Assembly: GCA_964497945.1 (NCBI GenBank)
Contig: CAZCFJ010000002.1
Coordinates: 1-55,510 of the forward strand
From: an uncultured Gammaproteobacteria bacterium
Lineage (GTDB): Bacteria > Patescibacteriota > Microgenomatia > UBA12405
Direction of reading: 5' to 3'
DNA length: 55,510 nucleotides
In this document: piece after piece, positions 47,535 through 55,510 of the stretch
How positions within the stretch are numbered: the first letter of the stretch is position 1
Layout of the letters: each line of letters begins with the position of its first letter
The notes under the pieces: generated by a model
What the model was told of the DNA's origin: nothing
The model's database searches: none
Seen by the model: only the letters and a program-made list of their open reading frames with translations
Program-made: the position numbers and the translations under genes

Positions 47535-48356
47535 ATGACAAACACTCCTTTAGTCCAATTAGACAATTTTTATCTCAAACGGGAAGATCAAAATATTACC
47601 GGCTCAGCCAAAGATAGAGCAATTCCATTTCAAATTGAAAATCTTAAAAAAAATGGTTTTACCCAGGCAGTTATTTCTAGCACCGGCAATGCTGCTATTT
47701 CTGCCGCCCACTTTTGTCATCAAGAAAATATTAAATTGACAATTTTTTTGTCACCCCACATTGCCCCAGAAAAATTAAATTTGCTCAAAAAATACGACCA
47801 CGAAATTATTCTTTCACATCAACCAATCAGTGATGCTGTTAAATTTTCAAAATCCCTCCATGCCTATCTTTTACGTCAATCTACTGATCCCTCAAGTCTA
47901 ATCGGTTATCAAACTATTGCCCAGGAGTTAGCAGAACAACTCCCTCAAATTACCAGCATTTTTATTCCTGTTGGCAGTGGGACTACTCTTCTGGGTATTT
48001 CTCAAAAACTTCCTAAAAATGTCAAAATTTTTGGAGCCCAATCGGCTGCTAATCCTACTGTTAGTAAAATTTTCGACCCTAATTTTACCCCGGAAAATCG
48101 ATTAATTACCGATGCTCTTTCGGTTAAGTTTTTACCCAATAAAGACAAAGTTATTAATGCCATCAAAAATAGTTCCGGTTCTTGTCTAACCATTCAAAAC
48201 GAAAATATTGTCACTGCTGATTCTTATTTAAAATCAAAAGACATTATAACCTCTCTCGAAGGTGCTTTATCCTTTGCTGCCTACCAAAAAGCTCAAAAAA
48301 ATAATCTTAACATTGGTCAATATCCCATTATTTTATTAACCGGAGCCAAACGTTAA
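47535..48356 (+). CDS. PLP-dependent enzyme, fold type II (PALP; threonine synthase/cysteine synthase-like)
   Basis: The start is set at ATG 47535 (MTNTPLVQL). The Lys motif is ITGSAKDR. SSTGNAA and the Gly loop PVGSGTTLLG are also present. Confidence 0.7.
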   Translation: MTNTPLVQLDNFYLKREDQNITGSAKDRAIPFQIENLKKNGFTQAVISSTGNAAISAAHFCHQENIKLTIFLSPHIAPEKLNLLKKYDHEIILSHQPISDAVKFSKSLHAYLLRQSTDPSSLIGYQTIAQELAEQLPQITSIFIPVGSGTTLLGISQKLPKNVKIFGAQSAANPTVSKIFDPNFTPENRLITDALSVKFLPNKDKVINAIKNSSGSCLTIQNENIVTADSYLKSKDIITSLEGALSFAAYQKAQKNNLNIGQYPIILLTGAKR

Positions 48357-48357
48357 T

Positions 48358-49524
48358 ATGAACCTCTTTGATCAAATTAACCAGTCAAATTATGTTTTTT
48401 ATTTTTTAGTCGTTGATAATTTTTTAGACATAACCTTACCTCAACTAAAAAATTTTCATCTCATTTATTCTTCTACCCCAAAACAAAAAGATTATTTAGA
48501 TTCACAGAATATCCCTTATTTTATTTCTCCAACCAACGATGTTCAAAATAGTGGCAAACTTTTAGCCGATTCTTCAGTCCAAAATTATATAAATTCCACC
48601 TCTAACAATCGACAAATAGTTATTGTTCCTTTTAAACCATCTGCTAAGATTGAATTTATTTGCCGTCAAAACAATTGGATTTGTGCTGCTGTTGATCATC
48701 AACTTAACCGTTTTCTCGAAGATAAAAATGAACTCACCCTTTTCTGTCAAAAAAATAATTTACCCATTATTTCATCGGTTGTAGATTTATTTAATCAAAC
48801 AAATTTTGCTAAATACCAACAACAATTCCAAACCAACCAACTAGTTACCCAAACCCATTTTGGTTGGGCTGGTAAAAGTACCTTTTCTGCCAATAGTTGG
48901 GAAGAAATAAAAAACAGTATTCCTTCAGAAACCAAAGTAAAATTTTCTCCATTTTTAAACGGTTATTCATTATTAAATAATTGCTGTCTAACACAAACCG
49001 GTCTCATTCAAAGTCCTCTGGCTTTACAATACACTGGCCTACCCGAATTTACCTCTAACCCCTTTACCACCGTTGGTCGCCAATGGCCTTGTTTAGCTCC
49101 AGAAGGAATTCAAAATCAAATTAAACAAATCACTACTGACTTTGCCAAAATAATTCAATCATTGTCTTATAAAGGCTTTTTTGGTTTAGATTTTTTAGTT
49201 TCTAATAATCAAGTTTATTTACTAGAATGCAATCCTCGCCTTACTGCCTCTTTTGCTTTTTATACTCAAATTGAAACTAATCAAAACCTTAATCCATTAT
49301 TTCTTTTCCACTTATCTCAATTTATTAACCTACCTTCAATTCCAACAGCTTCAGAATCCCAATTATTAATTGACTCGAGCAAAATTATTGGTTCTGAAAT
49401 CACTCTCAAAAATCAAGACAGTCAAACTATCAAAAAATATCACGATTTTACCGCTTTTTCTCAAAGTCTAGACCCCATTAATATTCCCCAAAATATTGTT
49501 AACCTGCTCCATGAGAAAGGATAA
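48358..49524 (+). CDS. ATP-grasp family ligase
   Basis: Contains GFFGLDFLVSNNQVYLLECNPRLT. 388 aa, starting 2 nt after the PALP gene stop. Confidence 0.65.
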   Translation: MNLFDQINQSNYVFYFLVVDNFLDITLPQLKNFHLIYSSTPKQKDYLDSQNIPYFISPTNDVQNSGKLLADSSVQNYINSTSNNRQIVIVPFKPSAKIEFICRQNNWICAAVDHQLNRFLEDKNELTLFCQKNNLPIISSVVDLFNQTNFAKYQQQFQTNQLVTQTHFGWAGKSTFSANSWEEIKNSIPSETKVKFSPFLNGYSLLNNCCLTQTGLIQSPLALQYTGLPEFTSNPFTTVGRQWPCLAPEGIQNQIKQITTDFAKIIQSLSYKGFFGLDFLVSNNQVYLLECNPRLTASFAFYTQIETNQNLNPLFLFHLSQFINLPSIPTASESQLLIDSSKIIGSEITLKNQDSQTIKKYHDFTAFSQSLDPINIPQNIVNLLHEKG

Positions 49525-50704
49525 ATCACCTTTAATCAGTCTAGTTTTTTTTCTAATCGGAGTCGGTTTTACTTTTATCTCCATCTCTTCTCTCACTGAG
49601 GCCAATAATACCGCCGGTGACAAATTTTATTTTCTTAAAAAACAGGGATTTTGGATTTTAGTCAGCTTAATCGCCCTTTTTATTGCCTCTAAAATAAAAA
49701 TAGAAATAATCAAAAAAATATCATCCCTAATCTATTTTGGATCGATTATTGGATTAATATTAGTTCTAATCCCTGGATTTAGTAATCAAACTTTAGGTGC
49801 CCATAGATGGCTTAATTTAGGAATTTTTAGTTTTCAACCGTCAGAACTATTTAAATTTAGTTCAATTATTTATTTTGCTATCATTTTTTCTCAGGAATCA
49901 AAACGCAACCTTACTAATCTAGTTTTTCATTTAAGTATCCCCTTTGTTCTAATTATTTTAGAACCAAATTTAAGCACTGCCATTCTTACTTCGGCCATAA
50001 TTATTTCTATGTATTATCTTGCTGGAGGCAAAATTATGCCCCTTTTTATATTTTGCGCCAGTCTAATTAGTCTTTGCTTTATTTTAGTTATTAGCTCACC
50101 CTACCGTTCCGCCCGACTTCAAACACTCATTAATCCCGAGTCCAATGGGGACAGCACTTCATACCACAGTAATCAAATTGTTTTATCTATCTCTTCTGGC
50201 GGTTTATTTGGCAAAGGTTTTGCTAATTCTGACCAAAAATATCGTTTTCTACCAAAAATTTCCACTGATTCAATTTTAGCCATAATAGGGGAGGAAATGG
50301 GATTTTTTGGTGTTCTCATTGTCCTTCTAATTTATGTTTTTTTGATCTCTTACTTAATTAAAATATCTACCCTCATAAAAAATGACCAATTTGCTTCACT
50401 TTTAATTTCTGGCGTTGCTTGTTGGATTGCCTATCAATCTCTAATTAATATTTCAGCTATCGCCAACATTATCCCCTTAACTGGGGTACCTTTACCTTTT
50501 GTTTCTTACGGCGGATCATCTCTTTTAACTTTAATGACATCAATTGGTTTAGTTCGCAATCTCGAAAAAAGACACAGTTTGTTGCTATACTCTGATAATG
50601 ATTCCAATCAAAAAAAGGATTCTCATCACCGGAACCCATCTTACTCCGGCCGTCGAACTAATTCGCCAACTTCAACAAGACCAAAAAGTCGATTGGCACA
50701 TTAG
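49496..50704 (+). CDS. ftsW: SEDS-family peptidoglycan polymerase FtsW
   Basis: Contains FQPSELFKF and PLPFVSYGGSSLL. ATG 49511 is an alternative start. The 3' end runs 107 nt into murG. Confidence 0.85.
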   Translation: MLTCSMRKDKSPLISLVFFLIGVGFTFISISSLTEANNTAGDKFYFLKKQGFWILVSLIALFIASKIKIEIIKKISSLIYFGSIIGLILVLIPGFSNQTLGAHRWLNLGIFSFQPSELFKFSSIIYFAIIFSQESKRNLTNLVFHLSIPFVLIILEPNLSTAILTSAIIISMYYLAGGKIMPLFIFCASLISLCFILVISSPYRSARLQTLINPESNGDSTSYHSNQIVLSISSGGLFGKGFANSDQKYRFLPKISTDSILAIIGEEMGFFGVLIVLLIYVFLISYLIKISTLIKNDQFASLLISGVACWIAYQSLINISAIANIIPLTGVPLPFVSYGGSSLLTLMTSIGLVRNLEKRHSLLLYSDNDSNQKKDSHHRNPSYSGRRTNSPTSTRPKSRLAH

Positions 50705-51698
50705 CTACATCGGGCGTCAATCAAATTCCAACGATGTCAAAGATGTCGCTATTGAATCTAAAATGATTCCTTCATTAGGTATCGATTATTTTTCTATTCC
50801 TTGTGGTAAACTTGACCGACGATATTTACCTAATACTCTTATTGGTATTCCTAAAACTATTTCTGGTATTTTTCAAGCCTTTTCATTAGTCAAAAAAACT
50901 CATCCTGACATTGTTATTTCTTTTGGTGGCTACGTTTCTGTTCCTGTTATTTTTAATTCCTATCTAAACCATATTCCTAGTATCACTCATGAACAAACTT
51001 TAACCAATAGCCTTACCACCAGAATTAATAGCCATTTTGTTAACAAAATTGCCTTATCTTTCGATAATTCAGAACAAATTAATCAACTTCCACCTGAAAA
51101 AATTATTATCACTGGTAATCTTCTCCGCAACCAATTATTTCAAAAACAAGAAATTCCACCTTTAATTAAAAATTCAAAATTAAAAATTAAAAATTTAATT
51201 TACATCACCGCCGGTAATCAAGGATCTCATTTTATTAACACCACTATTCAACAATTATTACCAAAATTAAAAAAATTTAATATTATTCATCAAACTGGCA
51301 AAAATGATATTAACCAATTCGAATCTCTCTCATTAATTTATTCGAATTATCTGGCCACTGATTATTTCGACACCGATATTTTACCTTGGATTCTTCAAAA
51401 CGCCGAAGTTGTCATTAGTCGAGCCGGGGCTAACACTAGTCAAGAGATTGTGGCTCTAAAGAAAAAATCAATTTTAGTTCCATTACCTCAAAGTCAACAA
51501 GACGAACAAATTCTCAATGCTAATTGGGTCAAAAAAAATCTGCCCAGTTCCACTATCATTATTCCTCAAACAGAACTTAACCCTGACAGTTTATTCTCGG
51601 CAATTAACCAACTTTTAAAAGTCAAAATTACCAATAAACAAAATTCTTTACCCAAACCAAATTACCAACTGCTCAATCTAATTCATGAAACAATTTAA
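50598..51698 (+). CDS. murG: UDP-GlcNAc:lipid I GlcNAc transferase MurG
   Basis: Contains RILITGTHLTPAVEL (a variant G-loop), FGGYVSVPV, TGNLLR and SRAGANTSQEI. Confidence 0.8.
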   Translation: MIPIKKRILITGTHLTPAVELIRQLQQDQKVDWHISYIGRQSNSNDVKDVAIESKMIPSLGIDYFSIPCGKLDRRYLPNTLIGIPKTISGIFQAFSLVKKTHPDIVISFGGYVSVPVIFNSYLNHIPSITHEQTLTNSLTTRINSHFVNKIALSFDNSEQINQLPPEKIIITGNLLRNQLFQKQEIPPLIKNSKLKIKNLIYITAGNQGSHFINTTIQQLLPKLKKFNIIHQTGKNDINQFESLSLIYSNYLATDYFDTDILPWILQNAEVVISRAGANTSQEIVALKKKSILVPLPQSQQDEQILNANWVKKNLPSSTIIIPQTELNPDSLFSAINQLLKVKITNKQNSLPKPNYQLLNLIHETI

Positions 51699-52071
51699 AA
51701 TTGTTGGCCCCACCATTTTATTCATCATCATTTCAACTATTATTCTAATTTCTATTAGTTCACAACAAAAATCAACTATTTTTGATCCAAAATCTGACAA
51801 AAATAACTTTTATCAAAATCTTAATTTAGCCATTAATACCGCAAAAATATCAACTTCCACTATCACTGTTCGCGACTTTAATAATCAAGTTGAGTTTTAC
51901 CTTTCTCAAGATAATCAAAATATCAAAATTATTCTTTCTGATCAAAAAGATCCTTTCTGGCAAATTTCTTCTTTGCAAGACATCATAAAAACCGCTAGAA
52001 TTAATCATCAAACACTCAAATTAGTTGATTTGAGTCCAGCACATCCTTATGCAACATTCAAAAATAATTAG
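51685..52071 (+). CDS. small bitopic protein in the FtsQ/DivIB position
   Basis: 128 aa with an N-terminal TM. It lies between murG and ftsA with overlaps on both sides. The call rests on position only. Confidence 0.35.
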   Translation: MKQFKIVGPTILFIIISTIILISISSQQKSTIFDPKSDKNNFYQNLNLAINTAKISTSTITVRDFNNQVEFYLSQDNQNIKIILSDQKDPFWQISSLQDIIKTARINHQTLKLVDLSPAHPYATFKNN

Positions 52072-53296
52072 CGGTATCGACATCGGTACCTCCAAAATCA
52101 CTACAATTATTGGGCAGTATTCTGATACTGAAGATAAATTTAATATTGTTGCCGTCTCTTCAATTCCATCCCTTGGCTTTCGTAAAGGTCAAATAATTAA
52201 TATTGAACAAGCCTCATCAACTATTGTTCAAAGTATTGAATCTGCCGAACGCATGGCCGGTTTTCAAATAAATTCTGCTTCAGTTTGTCTTTCCGCTCCA
52301 CACATTGAATCCATCAATTCTCATGGTGTTGTCGCTATTAGTAATCCTAATGGTGAAATTAACCATGAAGACATTGATCGGGTTGTCGACGCCGCCAAAG
52401 CTATTGCTGTTCCTACTGGCAAAGAAATTATTCATATTATTCCCATCAAATATACCGTTGATGGTCAAGAGGGAGTTATTGATCCTGTTGGTATGAACGG
52501 TGTCAGGCTTGAAGTTGAGGCTCACATAATTATTGCCTCCACTCCATCCCTCAAAAATCTCAAAAAATGCCTTGAAGATATTGGTATCAAAATTGACCAA
52601 TTGGTTTATTCCGGATTGGCCACAGCCAAATCTACTCTCACTGAAACTGAAAAAGAATTAGGCGTTGCTCTCATCGATATTGGCGGTAGTATCACTACTT
52701 TGACTATTTTTAATGAAGGCTCCCCAGTTTATTCATCGGTTATTCCGGTCGGCGCCGGTAATGTTACTAATGATTTAGCCATTGGTCTCCGCTTTTCTCT
52801 TGATGATGCCGAAAAAATTAAACTTCGCCTTAATAAAATTTCTGAATCTAAAAAATTTGAAGACGAAATTGAACTCTCTAGTTTTGGTATTCAATCAGAT
52901 GACAAACGTCGTGTCTCTATCCAAACCTCAATCAATGGTATTATTAAACCTCGCTTAGAAGAAATTTTCCATTTAATTTATTCTAAAATTGACGAAAGCG
53001 GCTTTGCCTCAACTATCCCAGCCGGAATTGTTCTTACTGGTGGTGGAGCCCAAACCGTCAATATTAAAGAAACTTGCGAAAAAATTATTCCCTTACCACT
53101 TCGCATTGCCACTCCACCAAAAGTTGGTGGTATTATCGATGATATTATTAATCCTGCCTACAGCAGTTCTATTGGTCTTTTGATGTTTAGTAATGATTTC
53201 AAAAAAAACATTTCAAATTCTCCAAAAAAAACCAAGGTTTCCGCCGGTAGTTTTTTTAGTAAAATCAAAAAATTAATAGAGCCTTTAATGCCTTAA
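52049..53296 (+). CDS. ftsA: cell division protein FtsA
   Basis: Contains ISGIDIGTSKITTIIG, ALIDIGGSITTL and VLTGGGAQ. Confidence 0.9.
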   Translation: MQHSKIISGIDIGTSKITTIIGQYSDTEDKFNIVAVSSIPSLGFRKGQIINIEQASSTIVQSIESAERMAGFQINSASVCLSAPHIESINSHGVVAISNPNGEINHEDIDRVVDAAKAIAVPTGKEIIHIIPIKYTVDGQEGVIDPVGMNGVRLEVEAHIIIASTPSLKNLKKCLEDIGIKIDQLVYSGLATAKSTLTETEKELGVALIDIGGSITTLTIFNEGSPVYSSVIPVGAGNVTNDLAIGLRFSLDDAEKIKLRLNKISESKKFEDEIELSSFGIQSDDKRRVSIQTSINGIIKPRLEEIFHLIYSKIDESGFASTIPAGIVLTGGGAQTVNIKETCEKIIPLPLRIATPPKVGGIIDDIINPAYSSSIGLLMFSNDFKKNISNSPKKTKVSAGSFFSKIKKLIEPLMP

Positions 53297-53302
53297 GTTT
53301 TT

Positions 53303-54472
53303 ATGGGACTTATCAAAACCTTAGCAGGTCAATTCGCTAAAATTAAAGTCATCGGTGTTGGTGGCGGTGGTAATAATGCTATTAATTCCATGATTTCCGA
53401 AGATAGTATCAAAGGTGTCGATTTTATTGCTATCAATACTGACTCTCAAGCTTTATTAAATTCTTTAGCCCCGATAAAAATCCAAATTGGTGAAAAGCTT
53501 ACCAAAGGTTTAGGTGCTGGCGGTAACCCTCAAATGGGTCAAAAAGCCGCTGAAGAATCCCGTGAACGTATCAAAGAAGTCCTAGCCGGTACTGATATGG
53601 TTTTTATTACTGGAGGTATGGGTGGTGGTACTTGTACCGGAGCTGCTCCATTAATTGCTGAAATTGCTAAAAAAGAATTAGGAATTTTAACTATTGCCGT
53701 TGTTACTAAACCTTTTATGTTTGAAGGTACTCGCCGTATGACCAATGCTGAAGAAGGTATTTCTCAACTCCGCAATAATGTTGATACTTTAATTGTTATT
53801 CCTAATCAAAAAGTTATGGAAGTGGTTAATAACAAAGCCACTCTGATAGAGGCCTTTAAAATTGCCGATTCAGTTTTAAACAAAGGCACCAAGGCTATTG
53901 CTGATTTAATTACTATTCCGGGACTAATTAATCTTGATTTTGCCGATATTAAAGCAGTTATGAGTAATGCCGGTTCAGCCCTCATGGGTGTCGGCGAAGC
54001 CGAAGGTGAAGATCGCTCTCGATTGGCCGTCGAGGCAGCTATCCAATCACCACTAGTTGAAGTTGATATTGAAGGAGCCAGGGGAGTTTTAATCAATATT
54101 ACTGGTGGAGAAGATTTAACTATGGCTGAAATCGAAGAATCTGCTCGAACTATTACTCAACGAACCGCTCCCGACGCTAATATTATTTTTGGGGCAACTA
54201 TTGATCCGGAGTTAAAAGGCAAAATAAAAATTTCTGTTATTGCCACCGGTTTCGACAGTACCAAAGCTCATTTTTATCAGTCATTCAAAAAACCAAGTCC
54301 AATTACTGTAAATTCTAATCCTTTAACTCAAACTCCACCATCAGAAACTATCGAATCAATTCCTGTCGATAATCAAGAAATTAAAAAATATTTAGGCGAC
54401 AAAGACATTCCCGCCGGCATTGATATCGTTGATGAGTTCGACATCCCTGCATTTTTACGTAAAAAAAATTAG
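53303..54472 (+). CDS. ftsZ: cell division protein FtsZ
   Basis: Contains IKVIGVGGGGNNAINSM, GGMGGGTCTGAAPLIA and the C-terminal DIPAFLRKK. Confidence 0.97.
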   Translation: MGLIKTLAGQFAKIKVIGVGGGGNNAINSMISEDSIKGVDFIAINTDSQALLNSLAPIKIQIGEKLTKGLGAGGNPQMGQKAAEESRERIKEVLAGTDMVFITGGMGGGTCTGAAPLIAEIAKKELGILTIAVVTKPFMFEGTRRMTNAEEGISQLRNNVDTLIVIPNQKVMEVVNNKATLIEAFKIADSVLNKGTKAIADLITIPGLINLDFADIKAVMSNAGSALMGVGEAEGEDRSRLAVEAAIQSPLVEVDIEGARGVLINITGGEDLTMAEIEESARTITQRTAPDANIIFGATIDPELKGKIKISVIATGFDSTKAHFYQSFKKPSPITVNSNPLTQTPPSETIESIPVDNQEIKKYLGDKDIPAGIDIVDEFDIPAFLRKKN

Positions 54473-54487
54473 CGTATAATCTTGTGT

Positions 54488-55447
54488 ATGGAAGAAAATA
54501 TAGCTCAAATTAATCAAGTTCAAAATCCAGAAAATATTAATTCTAATGGAAATAGTCAACAAAAAAGATCTAATAAAAATGATAATTTTTTAAAAATAGT
54601 AATAATTATTCTGATGGGTTTGATTATTTTTTTAGCAACTTATATTTTTCAAATTAAAAAACAACTTTCAAAGACAACCAGTTCTTCAACTCAAGAAATA
54701 GAACAAGATATCGTAACTCAAAAAACAATTTCACCAGTAACAACAATAAACACACAAGAATCAACAATATCAGTTTTTATGGAAAATTCCTCTTTATATT
54801 TTTCAAATTCAGAAAATAATAAAACTAAAATTGCTGACAGTGTTGAATATTATTCATTATCGTCAGATAAAACAAAAATCGCATACATACTAAATTGGGA
54901 AAAATCAGAATCTAATCCATATTTTTATATTTATCAGATATCAGACAAATCAATTGAAAAAATTAAAACAGAACTAGCAATAACAGCATCAGCTATTGAT
55001 TGGTCCCCAAATGACAAATTTTTAGTCCTAAATTCCGGAACAGACATTGTACGCAATGCCGCATTTTTTGATTATTCAAATAAAAGTAAACTTTTTGAAA
55101 TACAACTGTACACAGCCGAAAATAACAAAACAGTCGAATGGATAAATGATACAGAATTTTTATTTAATGAACCTCAAAAAGTTAAACCTGAGATACCAGC
55201 AGGAGCCGGATACAGCACTAACATATCTAAAATGTCAGTCACCACAAAACAAAAAGAAATATTAAAACAAGGAACTAGTTTAATAATGTATCGTCTCATT
55301 AAAAACAACAACGGAACGATTTACTTTAAAGAGTCATCTGTAACAGATTCTGATGGTTGGCTTAAAAATAAAATAAATACAAATTACTGGCAAATAGATA
55401 CTAATGGTAACAATTTAAAACAAATTGAAGAATCAACTACTCTATAA
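54488..55447 (+). CDS. hypothetical membrane-anchored protein, possibly beta-propeller-like
   Basis: ATG 54488 is preferred over TTG 54482. It has one TM (IVIIILMGLIIFLATYIF). No family was recognised. Confidence 0.45.
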   Translation: MEENIAQINQVQNPENINSNGNSQQKRSNKNDNFLKIVIIILMGLIIFLATYIFQIKKQLSKTTSSSTQEIEQDIVTQKTISPVTTINTQESTISVFMENSSLYFSNSENNKTKIADSVEYYSLSSDKTKIAYILNWEKSESNPYFYIYQISDKSIEKIKTELAITASAIDWSPNDKFLVLNSGTDIVRNAAFFDYSNKSKLFEIQLYTAENNKTVEWINDTEFLFNEPQKVKPEIPAGAGYSTNISKMSVTTKQKEILKQGTSLIMYRLIKNNNGTIYFKESSVTDSDGWLKNKINTNYWQIDTNGNNLKQIEESTTL

Positions 55448-55510
55448 AAATAATGTATAATACTTCCATCTGTGACTTTTGTTAATTCAAAAATAATTAT
55501 TATTAAATAG

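Noticed and set aside
48358-49524. ATP-grasp protein considered as the missing D-Ala-D-Ala ligase
   Set aside because: I do not see Ddl-type signatures, the length and N-terminal region differ, and the motif is ECNPR rather than the EVNT-type loop. I left it as a generic ATP-grasp ligase pending a profile search.
55456-55461. Perfect TATAAT near the window end, considered as a promoter
   Set aside because: The downstream gene is outside the window and there is no -35 element or other context to evaluate. AT-rich DNA yields such hexamers by chance.

Overview
The window is visibly AT-rich and densely coded, with many 1-20 nt gene overlaps and no rRNA, tRNA, CRISPR array, transposase or integrase that I can recognise. 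The gene content and style fit a small-genome, low-GC uncultivated bacterium such as CPR/Patescibacteria, but that is inference only. The standard genetic code fits, since TGA terminates conserved genes at the expected length. The content falls into three blocks. (1) From about 1 to 35500 there is a very large envelope-glycan locus. It holds about 14 GT2/GT4 glycosyltransferases and four large GT-C-like or O-antigen-ligase-like membrane proteins. It also holds a polyprenol-phosphate sugar synthase with a DUF2304 partner, a small phosphoglycosyl transferase, and ugd, galE and a manC-like gene. An acetyltransferase, a methyltransferase, a DUF4012 protein and a flippase-like protein are also present. 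This block is interrupted by metK with a probable SAM riboswitch, a Nudix gene, recO, a HigB/HigA-like toxin-antitoxin cassette bracketed by a 26-bp direct repeat, and a GC-richer islet of small membrane-protein cassettes. (2) glyQS is preceded by a clear T-box leader. (3) From about 38195 to 54472 there is a dcw-type division and cell-wall cluster running rsmH to ftsZ. The usual murF, murD, murC and ddl positions are instead occupied by an ATE_C/Bpt-like aminoacyl-tRNA transferase homologue, an Mpl-like ligase, a signal-less NlpC/P60 protein, a PLP enzyme and an ATP-grasp ligase. An unlisted 54-aa LysW-like zinc-ribbon gene lies on the opposite strand within this stretch. I consider this cluster the best candidate for an undescribed system. 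Three dispersed short-repeat families are superimposed on the locus: ACTTT-octamer arrays, ATCTA-type elements and GC-rich palindromic elements. The last two families sit in-frame inside otherwise intact genes.
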